Source: Botryllus schlosseri
Lineage: Eukaryota
Length of the DNA stretch: 64,000 nt
Assembly (NCBI GenBank): GCA_051294905.1
Contig: CM119371.1
Location: 13,888,001 to 13,952,000 of the forward strand
Reading direction: 5' to 3'
The notes below the pieces were generated by a model. It made no database searches. It saw only the letters and a program-made list of their open reading frames with translations, and was not told the origin of the DNA. This document shows positions 1 through 11,013 of the stretch, piece after piece (the first letter of the stretch is position 1; each line of letters begins with the position of its first letter). Made by a program: the position numbers and the translations under genes.

Positions 1-699
1 TCATTACAAATTTTTAATCAAGGCACGAAGTCATTTCTAATTTTTTCAAGTCAATTCAGGCAGGTTCTAAAACTGACTCTGGAGTCAGGCCTTCTGAAGT
101 TGTGAAAGTTGGCAAAACCTACTCGAGGATATCGCAAAAAGCATCACGTTTTTGAAGTAATAATAGTCATTATTCCTTTGTTACGGACATTCATCTTGTG
201 ATCCGAATGCTCATATATACAAATGAGTAAAAATAAAAATATTTTTGTTTGATACATATCAGGAGTAATCGTCAGCAGCTTTTAGATACAGTATACAATT
301 GACTAACAGATGTATACAAAGTAAAGTCTAACTCATTTCTTCATACTACTCGTGTTCTTTTCAGACCGTTCATTTTCTGCTTTAACAAGTAGATTTCAAT
401 ATCCAATTGACTAAGAAACGTCTGCAAAACCTGGTCTTAACCTACTTTTTCAAACTACGGTACTTCATGAGTACAATTTACCATGATATGATGGTATATC
501 TTATAAGTGTATGTGTGCGCAAGAGCGACCCACAATAGGTAGAAAGTTCCTGCCATTGTCCATGTCAGGTTTGATGGACTTGTATACACAGCCAATGATC
601 TATAAATGATTGTTCACAGCATATACTTTGTATAGTCATTAAATTGTAATGTTGTCCATGTCCAGTCCAGTTTGTCTGTCAACTCTTACAATCATAGCT

Positions 700-1320
700 G
701 ACTTGCGAGATGGTGACTTCGAATAATGGGACGGAATAGAGGCTATCCAACAATCCCCTTCACTCAACAAATCTCCGAACTTACACATCACCATCTATTC
801 CCTCAACGGTCCAGGTGATCATGGAAGAAGTTGATCGAATCCGAGAATCATAACAATGTGTCATCGCATGGGTATTACAGAAGCAGGATTTTGAACAAGT
901 TAAAATATCTCACCTCTTCATGGACTCCTAAATGCTCTGATACTAGTCGTGTCTAAATTTCAATGAGGATACCAGACACCATAATATCATTGAGAAGTTT
1001 ATACGGGGTATGGGTATTTCATTTACTATAACACTTGAAAACTGCATAAACAACTTTTGTTATCATGTCAGACTTGTTGTCATCTAAATTCAGAATAACA
1101 AGAACCAAAATCCTAGTTAACGGAAAGCATTTAAGTCAAGTGAATATGTAGCAAAAAGGGATTTTCATATTTATGCAAATTACAATATCAGATATACCTA
1201 TGTTTAAGCCATTCGATAAATGTACTGTCTGCATCTATTTTTGTTGTAATTTATGAAACTGTGCTGTGCTATTACGAACAATCGAATAACTGTGCCTAGT
1301 AGTTGATAACACCAATGTTT
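700..1320 (-). mobile_element. Highly decayed non-LTR (LINE) reverse transcriptase remnant
   Basis: Minus-strand fragments QHSF (~1266-1249), LDLNAF (~1142-1122), GV..P (~980-961) and DDTLL (~868-851) occur in the order and approximate spacing of LINE RT motifs (QxGF, LDxxKAFD, GVPQG, YADD). Many stops and frameshifts. Confidence 0.45.
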
Positions 1321-3859
1321 CTTGTCACGTAACAAAAATATATATTCTCAAATGTTATTTTTTCGAGCTTTCTTATCCTCTCTTAATGACAATAACAGGA
1401 CAGCAGTTAGATGGTAGAGCAGCGATCTCACATGACGTTGAACATCGGAGGGCATTCAAGCATCAAGTACCATGGCATTTGAACACTAGTATGTTTCAAG
1501 CCTCTTTAGAAATCAATTATTCTTTGAAAATTACCATATCGCAGGTGCGGCCAGATTTCCTGATCAGAATAAAAATGATTCCGATAACGGATCAAGACTC
1601 AATCTCTTGGCGATAATGAGGTAGTCTGCTCGATGGATTGGCAAAAATGTCCGTATCAAATTTATCATTGATGTTGTTTTCTTGTCTCTTTGATAAGCTT
1701 TCCTGCTCACGAATTTCGTTGCTGTTTCTGGGGCATAAGAATATCTCCAGTTTTGCAGTAGCGGCATATCTTTTTCCAGCTAGTACAAGTGAAGAAATAT
1801 TATCTGGAATGCAATATGGCTTAAATGGCAGTTGTAGCTGAACTTGGTTGTCATATTCACAAGGCACACGAAATTATCCACAGGTTGCATTGTAGTGTCC
1901 ATCTCTTCACCTCTATCGTACTCGAATAATATGCATAGTCTTTCAGCAAGACTATTTTTCTCTGCATCAATCGATCCAATGAGTATCAATCCAATCCGGC
2001 ACCATTCGTCAAAGTAACATTCATATTGACTACAATCTTTGGAAATATCTCAATGTCTGAAGCAAAGTGGAACATGAAATGGTTGCTTCTCATGGACGGC
2101 CTGGCGTGCCGAAATCCCATAAGATAATGATTTGCACTTTTATTAGGATCCCTGAATCCTTTTCAATTTCCTCGTGACTGTGGGTTGCTTTGCGGCTGTT
2201 TCAATACACGAACAATCTTTTCTTGAAAGTTAGAATGGACTATAATTTATAAAAAAATGTTAACGATCCTGTAAAAAATTTATGCATTAGACATTTACAG
2301 AATGGGAATTTGTTATGTCACAGTTTTGCCAGTCAACTACTATTGAAATCAAGTTATTTATTCAATCCGTCAAGTATTTTCCGTACTGCCGCATATGCAA
2401 TATATATGAGCAATGTGCATATTCAAGAGAGAGATTTTGCATTGGATGATTGTGGAGTTACATTGCTGGAAAAATAACCTGGGTAGCAGCACATACAATG
2501 CAAGTTGATGCTCATGCTCAGGTCATAAAGCGTGATGCAAATGGCGAAAAGTTATGAAGGTTATACATAAAAAAACCATAGACGTACACAAATGCATAAA
2601 TCATCTATTTTGTACAATCCTTCCAGCTATCAATCTTAACGAGTACTCCATGTTAATTTTCAAGGTTTACAGGCAATGCATGGGGAACACTTCACAACGG
2701 GTAGTTCATATCAAAGTGCCAAAACGTTTACCAGGTATATTTTTAATAAATGGGCATTGGTAGACGCTTTCGGACACCGCGGTGTGAAAGATTCAACTAT
2801 TGAGAGTAGTACGACATATCACGCCAGGTCGATGTGCACAATACCAACTATGGAGTGATTATCCTCAATATCATTCTAGTGCATTGTTTTGCCGATGGAA
2901 TATTGTTTGGAACAATGCCGATTCTCATCATTGATGTGGAATGTGAATTCAACGGCCTGACCCGGTAAAAAGTTATATCTGTTAGCATTTTACCAATCAG
3001 TACAATGTTAGTTTCGATTTTATATTATATTATGAAGGTACAATCGCCATACTGATACTATGGTTGCCAGTGAACTCGGCCCTTGGTGAATTCGGCCTCA
3101 CAATATTACAATATATACTATCTAAAACAACTTAGTTGCTCACACAATTATCGTAATCAACCCTTCTCTTTTAAAAAATCAGGTGACGTAAATGCTGCCA
3201 GAAAAATTTCAAATCCTCTTTCAACAATCCTTCCAGGTTCTGCACATCTATATTGACGCTCACCCACAGTATCTATAAATTCTTTAGGCTGTGTCGTAAA
3301 TGCATGGTTGCAACTGATGCTAAAATACCTCGCAGCTAGTCTGTACTTTGATAAATGTGCATTGTTAAAAGTTGTATTACATCCTATTATGCAGCACTGC
3401 CTCACTATGCTCAAGAAACCAACAAAAACTAAACCGATTGGGGAAAATCAGTGAATTAGTATGCCAGCAAGGCCGATCGCATCACCCCACCACAGTCGAC
3501 ATACGCAATCCCGTTCCTGTACTCAAGCATATCCCGCGACGGACTGATTTCGCCGGGAAACTCTCTTATAGCGTTAAGGGGCGTGGCAGTTTCCAATCAT
3601 TGTATATATATCATTGATCCACCCCTCGACTATACCCCTAGGAAATATTTTACAATGTTCTAAAATGTTATAAATCAGTGGTTCTCAACCTTATTCACCT
3701 CGCGGACCGGTAAAATTTCAAAAAATGTCTGGCGGACCGGTGAACTTTCAAAATTGAAATGAATCCAACATGCAAAGTATGCAACCGTTTTTGCAAATAT
3801 ATGATGCTACAGAGTGATATTTAGAGGGTTTTCATCGTAATTAATTTTCTTCATGATGG

Positions 3860-4080
3860 CATCATCATCATCATCATTGGTTTATTAGCAATTTTATCAG
3901 TTCAATACACCACAAAAAATGCGATACAATGAAAAGACAGGAAGATGTCGAAGCGACAAGGAGTAGTCTATGGAATCTGACACCCACCTTGGCCTAGGCG
4001 ATGTAAAGAGGAGGCATGCACACTGAATGAAAGTAAAGAAGATAGTAAAGAAAAAGAATGCGACAAGAAATAGGGCGTCC
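3860..4080 (-). mobile_element. 5'-truncated L2/Crack-like LINE 3' end with AATAAA and (TGA)n tail
   Basis: Minus strand ends AATAAACCAA(TGA)n. Homologous to 43345-43560, which continues into a LINE ORF2 C-terminus. Confidence 0.6.
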
Positions 4081-4129
4081 ATGTGGTTTTATGGTAGTGA
4101 GTCATCTGAGTCAAGGTAAAATTGCCTTG

Positions 4130-5341
4130 TCCAGTTAAACGTGCTATCACTCAGAGTCGTTTAGAGTATTTCGATCCGATGGCTGTGGGTTTAACCGACC
4201 ACGCCAACACGAATAATATTCTTGTATTTGTCAATATCGAGAGAAAAAGCGTTTCGGAGTAGAACCATAAGCACCTTGTCGTGCTACCTTGCGCATTGCC
4301 CACTGCCACCAGACGCAGGCTACTCTGGCAACTACGAATACAACGCGTGCCGCAAGGAAACACCTTATACAGGCCATGCGCAAATCCGGGAAGAAAAATT
4401 ACTACGTCAGCCCCCCCCCAAAAAAACGTTGGTCTTGGGCCCCCACAGGACGATAAGCCAAACTTCCGGGGGATTGGCCCCCAAACCCTACAGTTGGGTG
4501 AATGTTTCACCTGTACTTGGGACTTGTGAGCATATTCATTCTATAGTCAGTTGTGGGACGCCCTGCGCCCTCTCACGGTTCATACACTTTGTAAGATACA
4601 ACATCATTATGGTACATCGGAACATCGCCCATATCTGTATATCACGTGACTTATATCTTTCTTCTCGCTTCCACGTGACTTGCCATTTATCAGCTCGTGC
4701 ATCTCATTTTACAAGCTAGACTCATCTGCGATATCCTACTGTATATTCCATACATATTCGACCAATATATCTATCTGAGGCAATGCTGTCGTTGCATTCG
4801 CGTTGAAGTTGTCAGACCAAGGACTTAACGCAGGAACGTGCGTCTTGCTACGAAAGAGCTAAGTATATCCACCCAGCCACACATTACGTGGGGACTCAGG
4901 TTACAACTCTAGCAGGTATCAGACAACACACCTTTCCATACAGTGTAAGCAGAGAGTTTATGTAGCTTAATCGCGCCACTAGCGAACATTTTCGATCATT
5001 CATGACTGAGTCCGATGTTAGCCTAAACATCATTATGTGTTGGTACGTTGTGGCGCGGTAATGGCTGACGCCGAAATGCCTACTTCTATAAATCATGCGT
5101 ATTTCTCGGAGAAGGGCACGTATAAGTGTAACGGTGTCGCTACTAGTTCTTTATACTCTTCAAGTGTAAATCAGTTCACAGCCAGACAGATACCGTAACA
5201 GTTATATTCACGACAGTAGAAAGCGTGTACCACCCGGACACAGACACAGAACAGAATATTCTAGAAGCTGCGGTTATCTCCCGCGAACACATTGTCTCAA
5301 GGCGTGACGTCATTGGTCGCCATAGATGGCGCCCCGTCACA
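4130..5341 (-). mobile_element. Probable 3' LTR of the Gypsy element (left boundary uncertain)
   Basis: Minus strand reads polypurine tract GGAGGGGGG (5354-5346), then TATA, then TGTGAC... starting at 5341, downstream of pol. The distal end and TSD could not be fixed. Confidence 0.45.
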
Positions 5342-5511
5342 TATACCCCCCTCCAAATTTTTTCGAATGGTACATGAGAAAATATCTACCTCAAAACAAA
5401 AAGCAATGACACCAAAAATATATCGGCATAAAAGCCCAAAAAGGAACGAACATACAAAGGGTTAGGACAACTAATTGTGAAAATCGACGACAATGATGAA
5501 AACATGTCATG

Positions 5512-7326
5512 TTATGTAGTCCCATCATCAGCAATCGGATCTGATGGTGTGGCTGGTGATTCCCACGTCTTGAAATCATCCGACCATTCAAAGGCAGCTT
5601 TCTTACGAATGAGTTTCACCAATGGCTCTGCAATGGTTGAAAACTGGTCCATGAATCTTCGATAATAGTTTGCCGTGCCGAGGAACGCTTGAACATCCTT
5701 GAGATTTTTCGGCACTGGCCAATCCTTCACAGCAGAAACTTTGTCATCACTACACTTGAGACCATCTGGGCAAATCACATGTCCCAGGTACTCTACCTCC
5801 TGGTAAAACAGTTTGCATTTTTTAGGCTTAAACTTAAGACCAGCGTCACGAATTCGCTTGAAAACATCTTCCAGATTGCAGAGTGTTTGGTCAAAGTTCT
5901 CCCCATACGCCAAAATGTCGTCCATGAAGGCAAGGCATTTCTTCCACAAGAGTCCATCAAGTAACTTCTCCATCATTGCCATGAACGTGGCAGGCGCATT
6001 ACACAAGCCAAAGCAAAGGACTGTCCACCGAAATTGCGAATGCCCAGGTACGCTGAATGCAGTTTTGTCTCGGTCACTTGGATTCAGGGGAACTTGCCAA
6101 AAACCGGATTCAAGATCAAGGGTACAATACCATTTTGCCCCACCCAGAGAATCCAGGATATCATCAATGCGGGGCAGAGGGTGGGCATCCTTTACCGTGA
6201 TCGTATTTAATTTCCGGAAGTCGGTGCAGAAACGGTACGTGTTATCCCGCTTTGGAACCAGAACAATCGGCGCGTTGTACGGGCTTTGGGCCTTCTCGAT
6301 AACACCCAGTTTTTCCATCTTTTCGATCTGCTCACCCACAATTTCTCGTGCCTTCCAACTCAAACGTCGCGGGGGCACTTTAACTGGTACCGTAGAAGAT
6401 AGCTCAATTTTGTGCTCAATCAAAGTGGTATATCCCAATTTTCCATCAGGCCCCGTGAATATATCCTGATACTTGATGAGAAGATCTCTTAACTGTTGTC
6501 GCTGTTGTACATTCAAGTGGTCTGGCTCTTCTACGAGGTGTCGCAGATGGTCCGGCAGATCCAAGCACGGATCGACTTCCACGGTGTCAGGCGCCTCCAC
6601 AGACCCACAAGTCGCAAGGGGCACTAAAGAGCCTACTCGTTCCCCAGCAGGGATTACAATATCATTTTGAGATAGGTTTATAAACATCACAGGCACCTCA
6701 TTACATGTAGGATCGACCAAACCGGACAACACACGCAAACCACGATTATCATACTGGCTCTCAAACACAGGTGACGATTCAACCACACCACACTGTGAAA
6801 TGGACGGCAACCAAGGCCCACTCACTGCACCCATGACAGCTCTTTCACTCCACTTAGGAACTATTATCTGTTTCTGAGTTATAACACCACAACAGGACAC
6901 CGACAGCTGTTGCAATATAACATTTTGTCCATGCAAACTCATCATTCCTTTACCCATGTACAAAACAGCATCATGCTTCTCCATAAAATCACACCCTAAC
7001 AAGCCATATGGCGCACCCAGACGAGCAATCACAACCTCTTGTTGTGCACAAAAATCACCAATACGTAGGGTCAACACCACTGTGCCATATAGCTCTAAGG
7101 GGCCACCAGAAGCAGTAACAAATGGGATATCACATGGTTTCAAATCAGTTATATCATACAGTCGAGTGTACAGATCATAGTCTAGGAAGGTACGGGGACT
7201 GCCCGAGTCTACCAAAAGTTTAGCCGACAGGCTGTCATTCACCGATGCAACGGTGTACCAGCTAGATGTGAGCCGAAGCGCACAAACAAAATTCATAAGT
7301 CTTTCCAAATCCTGGTCCATATCCAT
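5512..7326 (-). CDS. pol: Ty3/Gypsy Pol, truncated: aspartic protease plus reverse transcriptase, no RNase H or integrase
   Basis: Protease LLVDSGS. RT motifs FCTDFRKLN, LDLESGFWQV, FGLCNAPATF, FMDD, YLGHVI. Homology breaks off after FEWSDD. The frame is open upstream to the gag overlap. Confidence 0.9.
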   Translation of the reverse strand: MDMDQDLERLMNFVCALRLTSSWYTVASVNDSLSAKLLVDSGSPRTFLDYDLYTRLYDITDLKPCDIPFVTASGGPLELYGTVVLTLRIGDFCAQQEVVIARLGAPYGLLGCDFMEKHDAVLYMGKGMMSLHGQNVILQQLSVSCCGVITQKQIIVPKWSERAVMGAVSGPWLPSISQCGVVESSPVFESQYDNRGLRVLSGLVDPTCNEVPVMFINLSQNDIVIPAGERVGSLVPLATCGSVEAPDTVEVDPCLDLPDHLRHLVEEPDHLNVQQRQQLRDLLIKYQDIFTGPDGKLGYTTLIEHKIELSSTVPVKVPPRRLSWKAREIVGEQIEKMEKLGVIEKAQSPYNAPIVLVPKRDNTYRFCTDFRKLNTITVKDAHPLPRIDDILDSLGGAKWYCTLDLESGFWQVPLNPSDRDKTAFSVPGHSQFRWTVLCFGLCNAPATFMAMMEKLLDGLLWKKCLAFMDDILAYGENFDQTLCNLEDVFKRIRDAGLKFKPKKCKLFYQEVEYLGHVICPDGLKCSDDKVSAVKDWPVPKNLKDVQAFLGTANYYRRFMDQFSTIAEPLVKLIRKKAAFEWSDDFKTWESPATPSDPIADDGTT

Positions 7327-7329
7327 AAG

Positions 7330-7371
7330 AGCAGCGCCATCGGACCCATGGTCTGCTATGGCATGTTTAAA
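7330..7371 (-). other. -1 programmed ribosomal frameshift signal (gag-pol)
   Basis: U-UUA-AAC heptamer in gag phase (7371-7365), 7-nt spacer, then stem-loop AGCAG-A-CCAT...ATGG-CG-CTGCT (7357-7330). The -1 frame is open into pol. Confidence 0.7.
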
Positions 7372-8681
7372 GAATTGCCCGGTTGGTGTGGCTCATGTTC
7401 GCCGGTGACTGGCGGAACACCATCTCTATCTCTATTGGGACACGAAACTAGAAGGTGACCCAACTGGCCACAGTAAGCACAATGGGAATTTGGGCAGTTT
7501 TTGTGAATGTGTCCAGTCACTCCACAGTTATGGCAAGGTCCATACCCAAACGTTACTCTTCTACGATAGGGAGGGCTTCTAGGCCTACTCATCGGTGGTG
7601 GATTTCTGGCAGTCACTAGGTTGCTAACCAGGTCAATCAGCTTGTCAATTTTCGATTCCATCTCATTATCACGCTTGCCTACTGCAAGACGTTCATCGCC
7701 ATTTTTTGGTTGTAGACTTACAGGAGCCACAACTGGTTTACTAGTTTCGAACAATTGACTGTTAGGCGGTCCATCAACAGAGAAATACAAATCTGCCGAA
7801 GCAACTAGTTCATCAAGGTTACTTGTTTTCATCAGCGTTAGCTGTCGGCGAAGGTTAATATCACCAAGACCATTAATAAACTGTTGACACACAAACTCAT
7901 CACGAGCTGCAGAATTCATACGTGGAAAAGCCTTCAAGCTAAGCGTAGCCAGAACTGATGCGAATTCTGTTGGGGATTCTCCCAATTTCATTTTGCGTTT
8001 GTTAAATTCAGTACGGCTCAAGGTTTCCATACCCCATGGGATGTAGCGCTTCTTCAATTGGGCAATTACACGATCAATATCCCGACGGCAATCAGCCGAC
8101 ATTTGTGCAAGCACTTGCAAAGCGTTACCACGTAAGCTAGCATTAAGCCTAGCACAAGCAGTTTGTTCGTCCCATCCGTTGGCCAATGTCACCGCATCAA
8201 AATGGCATAAATAATCGCTAATGGGCATATTCACACCATCAAATGGTTCCAGTTTAATAACACCAACAGCGGGTTTGGGGATGCCATGACTAGATGGAGT
8301 GGGGCGTACAGAATTGCTACGAGTAACACGCACTCTATCATTTACATACTGTGGTTCTGGAGACATCACACCAGTTTTACTGTCAGTCATATCGACAAAC
8401 TCCTCCATGCCACCATTATCATTACTGTCAAACACACATCCACTCGCATTCGGAGCCGCAGACATACTCTCACCTCCCAAACTTTGTACAATGGTTAATA
8501 CACGACTGAGGGTACTGTTTTGGGCTTCCACCATTTCGTCGATCCGGCGATGAACCCGCTCCAACTCTGCTCGCAGATACTCATTCTCTTCACGCAATTG
8601 ATCCATGCCGATACCGGTATTCTTGTTGCCCGATCGCTGGTTGTTAACTTGAAGACTGGTGTGCTCGCCAATTGTGTGCAT
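7356..8681 (-). CDS. gag: Ty3/Gypsy Gag with two CCHC zinc knuckles
   Basis: 441-aa open ORF with a capsid-like region (LEPFDG...YLCHFDAV...NGW) and knuckles CHNCGVTGHIHKNC and CAYCGQLGHLLVSC, directly upstream of pol. Confidence 0.87.
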   Translation of the reverse strand: MHTIGEHTSLQVNNQRSGNKNTGIGMDQLREENEYLRAELERVHRRIDEMVEAQNSTLSRVLTIVQSLGGESMSAAPNASGCVFDSNDNGGMEEFVDMTDSKTGVMSPEPQYVNDRVRVTRSNSVRPTPSSHGIPKPAVGVIKLEPFDGVNMPISDYLCHFDAVTLANGWDEQTACARLNASLRGNALQVLAQMSADCRRDIDRVIAQLKKRYIPWGMETLSRTEFNKRKMKLGESPTEFASVLATLSLKAFPRMNSAARDEFVCQQFINGLGDINLRRQLTLMKTSNLDELVASADLYFSVDGPPNSQLFETSKPVVAPVSLQPKNGDERLAVGKRDNEMESKIDKLIDLVSNLVTARNPPPMSRPRSPPYRRRVTFGYGPCHNCGVTGHIHKNCPNSHCAYCGQLGHLLVSCPNRDRDGVPPVTGEHEPHQPGNSLNMP

Positions 8682-9383
8682 TTAGTGACACTAAATCGCG
8701 CAAAGCGCGAAAAGAAATTGAAAACTGTTGGAAAAAGTTTCCAGAAAATACGCTATGATTTATGTTCACTTGCAAACTAGTTTTGAGCCCTTTTCAAGCT
8801 CGGCCCCTCTCCAATTGGGCGGATTAGGGTACCCCAGTTACTGTCCTGTACAAAATGAATGTTTCGAAAACGAATGATCGCGCAAACTGCGCTGTTCAGC
8901 GACGAGTCAGTTCGTATCTGTTCTGTACTTGTCGCCTTCAACATTGTTTCTTGAAATTAAGGCTTAAAATTGTAATATACCTGGCGGACGCGCAGGGATG
9001 GCGCGGACCGGCGGTTGAGAACCACTGTTCTAAATCATGTTGGAATCAACTGATTCATTCGCGAGGTGGCGCTAATCCACCGCACTTACTCAAAGTTTTC
9101 GTTTGTAAACACTGAACGCATAGCAACAGTATTGAATGGAATCGATGAAAGAAGCTTCTTAGAATAACAGTTCTATTGTATTATTGTTGAATGCCTTTCA
9201 TTTAGCACTGTTCAGTTTCCACCTTTAGTGCAGCTGACTTTCCCTCACGTCAAAGTCGTGACCTTGATTAGTATTATGATTATGTTAACTACCGTAATCA
9301 TCTTTACTGCAATGACAGTGTTACTATAAGTAATAAATAATCGTGGTCAAATTTGATATATATTGTATAGTTGGTTGTTAATC

Positions 9384-11013
9384 ATGGTGCAGATTGCGTG
9401 TCCAAGTGTGGAGAAACATGCCGTGAAGATGATGGAAGAATTACATCGAATGAAGCGAGATAATGAACAATGTGATTTCATAATTCAAGTAGGAGATGAT
9501 GTCTATTACACTCACAAAAATGTATTGTCGTCTGGTTGTGATTATTTCAAAACAATGTTGAAGCAAGACACTAAGGAGAGTCGTGAAGGAAAAGTTGTTT
9601 TCAAAGATGTGGATTCCGAGTGTGTGAAAAGTTGCATCGATTTCATATATATATTCCGGTAAATTTGATATGACTGATGACAAGATGAATGATCTTCTTC
9701 ATGTCGCGATCATGATGCAGCTGGAAGATGTGAAACAGGCAGTATCTGATATATTGGAGCAATCAATTACTGTAGAGAATTACTTTTCGACAACACAAGC
9801 TGCCGATATGTACGGACTGGATGCCGTCTCTACGCCATGTAGAGTATTTTTTCAGGAAAAGATCATGGAAATATCAATGCAACCTGAATTTGGAAATATC
9901 AAAAAGAAGGACATCCTAGGTTTTGTGACGTCAAAATCAAAATTATGCGAGGAAGAAAAGCTAACGTTATTACTCAATTGGGTCGAGAAAAACCGTGAAA
10001 ATGAGAAACATTTGCGCAACTGTCTTGAAGTGATCAAGTTAGACAAAATTTCGCCAGCATTTTTAGAACATCTTCTGGAATCAAACCTAATTATCAGCAA
10101 TAACTTTGGATTGTACAAGTTGATCAATGGACATCTTCTGAAAGCTTCAAAAAGATTGGAGGAATCGAGAGAAGAAATTGACTCTGGTGATTTGATAATT
10201 CTTTTTGATGATGACGAGGATTGTATCCGATCCCTCAATCCAATAACCGAGAAAGTAGAGAAGTTCCATGATGAAAAGTTCGAGCATTTGCAACTTTTCG
10301 AGACAATTTTTCTGGACTCATACATTTATGTTTTATGTAAGGATAAATCTGTTCATCGACTCGATTGCCGAAGCAAAAATTCAAAATGGGAAAGAATGAA
10401 AGATATGATTTGTGACCATGGAAGATTTCCTCGATCTGTTTCATGGTCAGGATCAATATTTGTTGTTGGAGGAAGTTTTCCCAAAGCAACAAATGATGTG
10501 GAAACATTTACTTCTTCCCTAAATCAATGGTCTCAACTGCAAAACAAACCTACAGCAATTAGTGATGCAAGTATTGTATCATTGGATGATTCCATTTATT
10601 GTATTGGTGGTATGGGAGAAGATTGTGTCAAAGTTTCTTCATTCTGCAGATTCACTCCATCCTCATCAGAGTGGGTTGATCTCGAGCCAATGAGATATTC
10701 TGTGTCGGAATGTGGTGTTGTTGCAGTTGACAAAAAGATTTTTGTGTTGGGTGGTTGCAGCGGAGAGATCGAAGTCGACTACGTATCATGTTACGATGTT
10801 ACTTCAGCTCAGTGGACTTTATTGTCTTCTATGATTTCTGGTCATGGCATTTCTTCTGCTCATCACATTGACAACTGGATTTATGCAGTAGGATACGGAG
10901 AAATCTCTGATGCTATTGAAAAGTATGATGTCTCAAAAGACAATTGGATTATAGTGAAACCAAAAGTTGATCGATGTTTTACAATTTATGAATCCACATT
11001 TGTAAAAATATAG
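9384..11013 (+). pseudogene. BTB-BACK-Kelch gene A1, frameshifted in the BTB domain
   Basis: ORF 9363-9662 (CDFIIQVG, HKNVLS, CDYFKTML) and ORF 9670-11013 (BACK plus Kelch GG repeats) are joined by a +4 (AT)5 expansion at ~9645-9654, where intact paralogs have (AT)3. Confidence 0.9.

Larger units (their letters stand above)
3676..9027. mobile_element. Buster/Charlie-type hAT TIR pair enclosing a LINE 3' fragment and a Gypsy remnant
   Basis: TIRs CAGTGGTTCTCAACC (3676) and GGTTGAGAACCACTG (ends 9027). GCGGACCGG subterminal motifs at both ends. Flanks TTATAAAT and TTCTAAAT match at 7/8 with a central TA. Confidence 0.65.

Noticed and set aside
3157-3414. 85-aa minus-strand ORF with a THAP-like start (CCIIGCNT...SCNH)
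   Set aside because: The conserved Pro and Trp of THAP domains are not evident and no transposase follows. Too weak to call without an HMM search.
4551-4896. TGTGGG...GGTTACA segment as an independent solo LTR
   Set aside because: TG...CA ends are present but the flanks show no target-site duplication.
5689-6670. Antisense ORFs over pol (also over gag, the transposase and Kelch genes, e.g. 9852-10325, 58018-58470)
   Set aside because: Shadow ORFs of real coding strands, with no motifs and not conserved as open frames among paralogs.
8825-8850. Assigning a primer tRNA to the TGGGGTACCC PBS-like sequence
   Set aside because: I could not match it to a known tRNA 3' end from memory, and the adjoining LTR is missing.
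9670-11013. A1 or A3 frameshifts explained by a small intron (GTAAAT at ~9659)
   Set aside because: The surrounding codons align residue for residue with intact paralogs, so the sequence is coding and not intronic.
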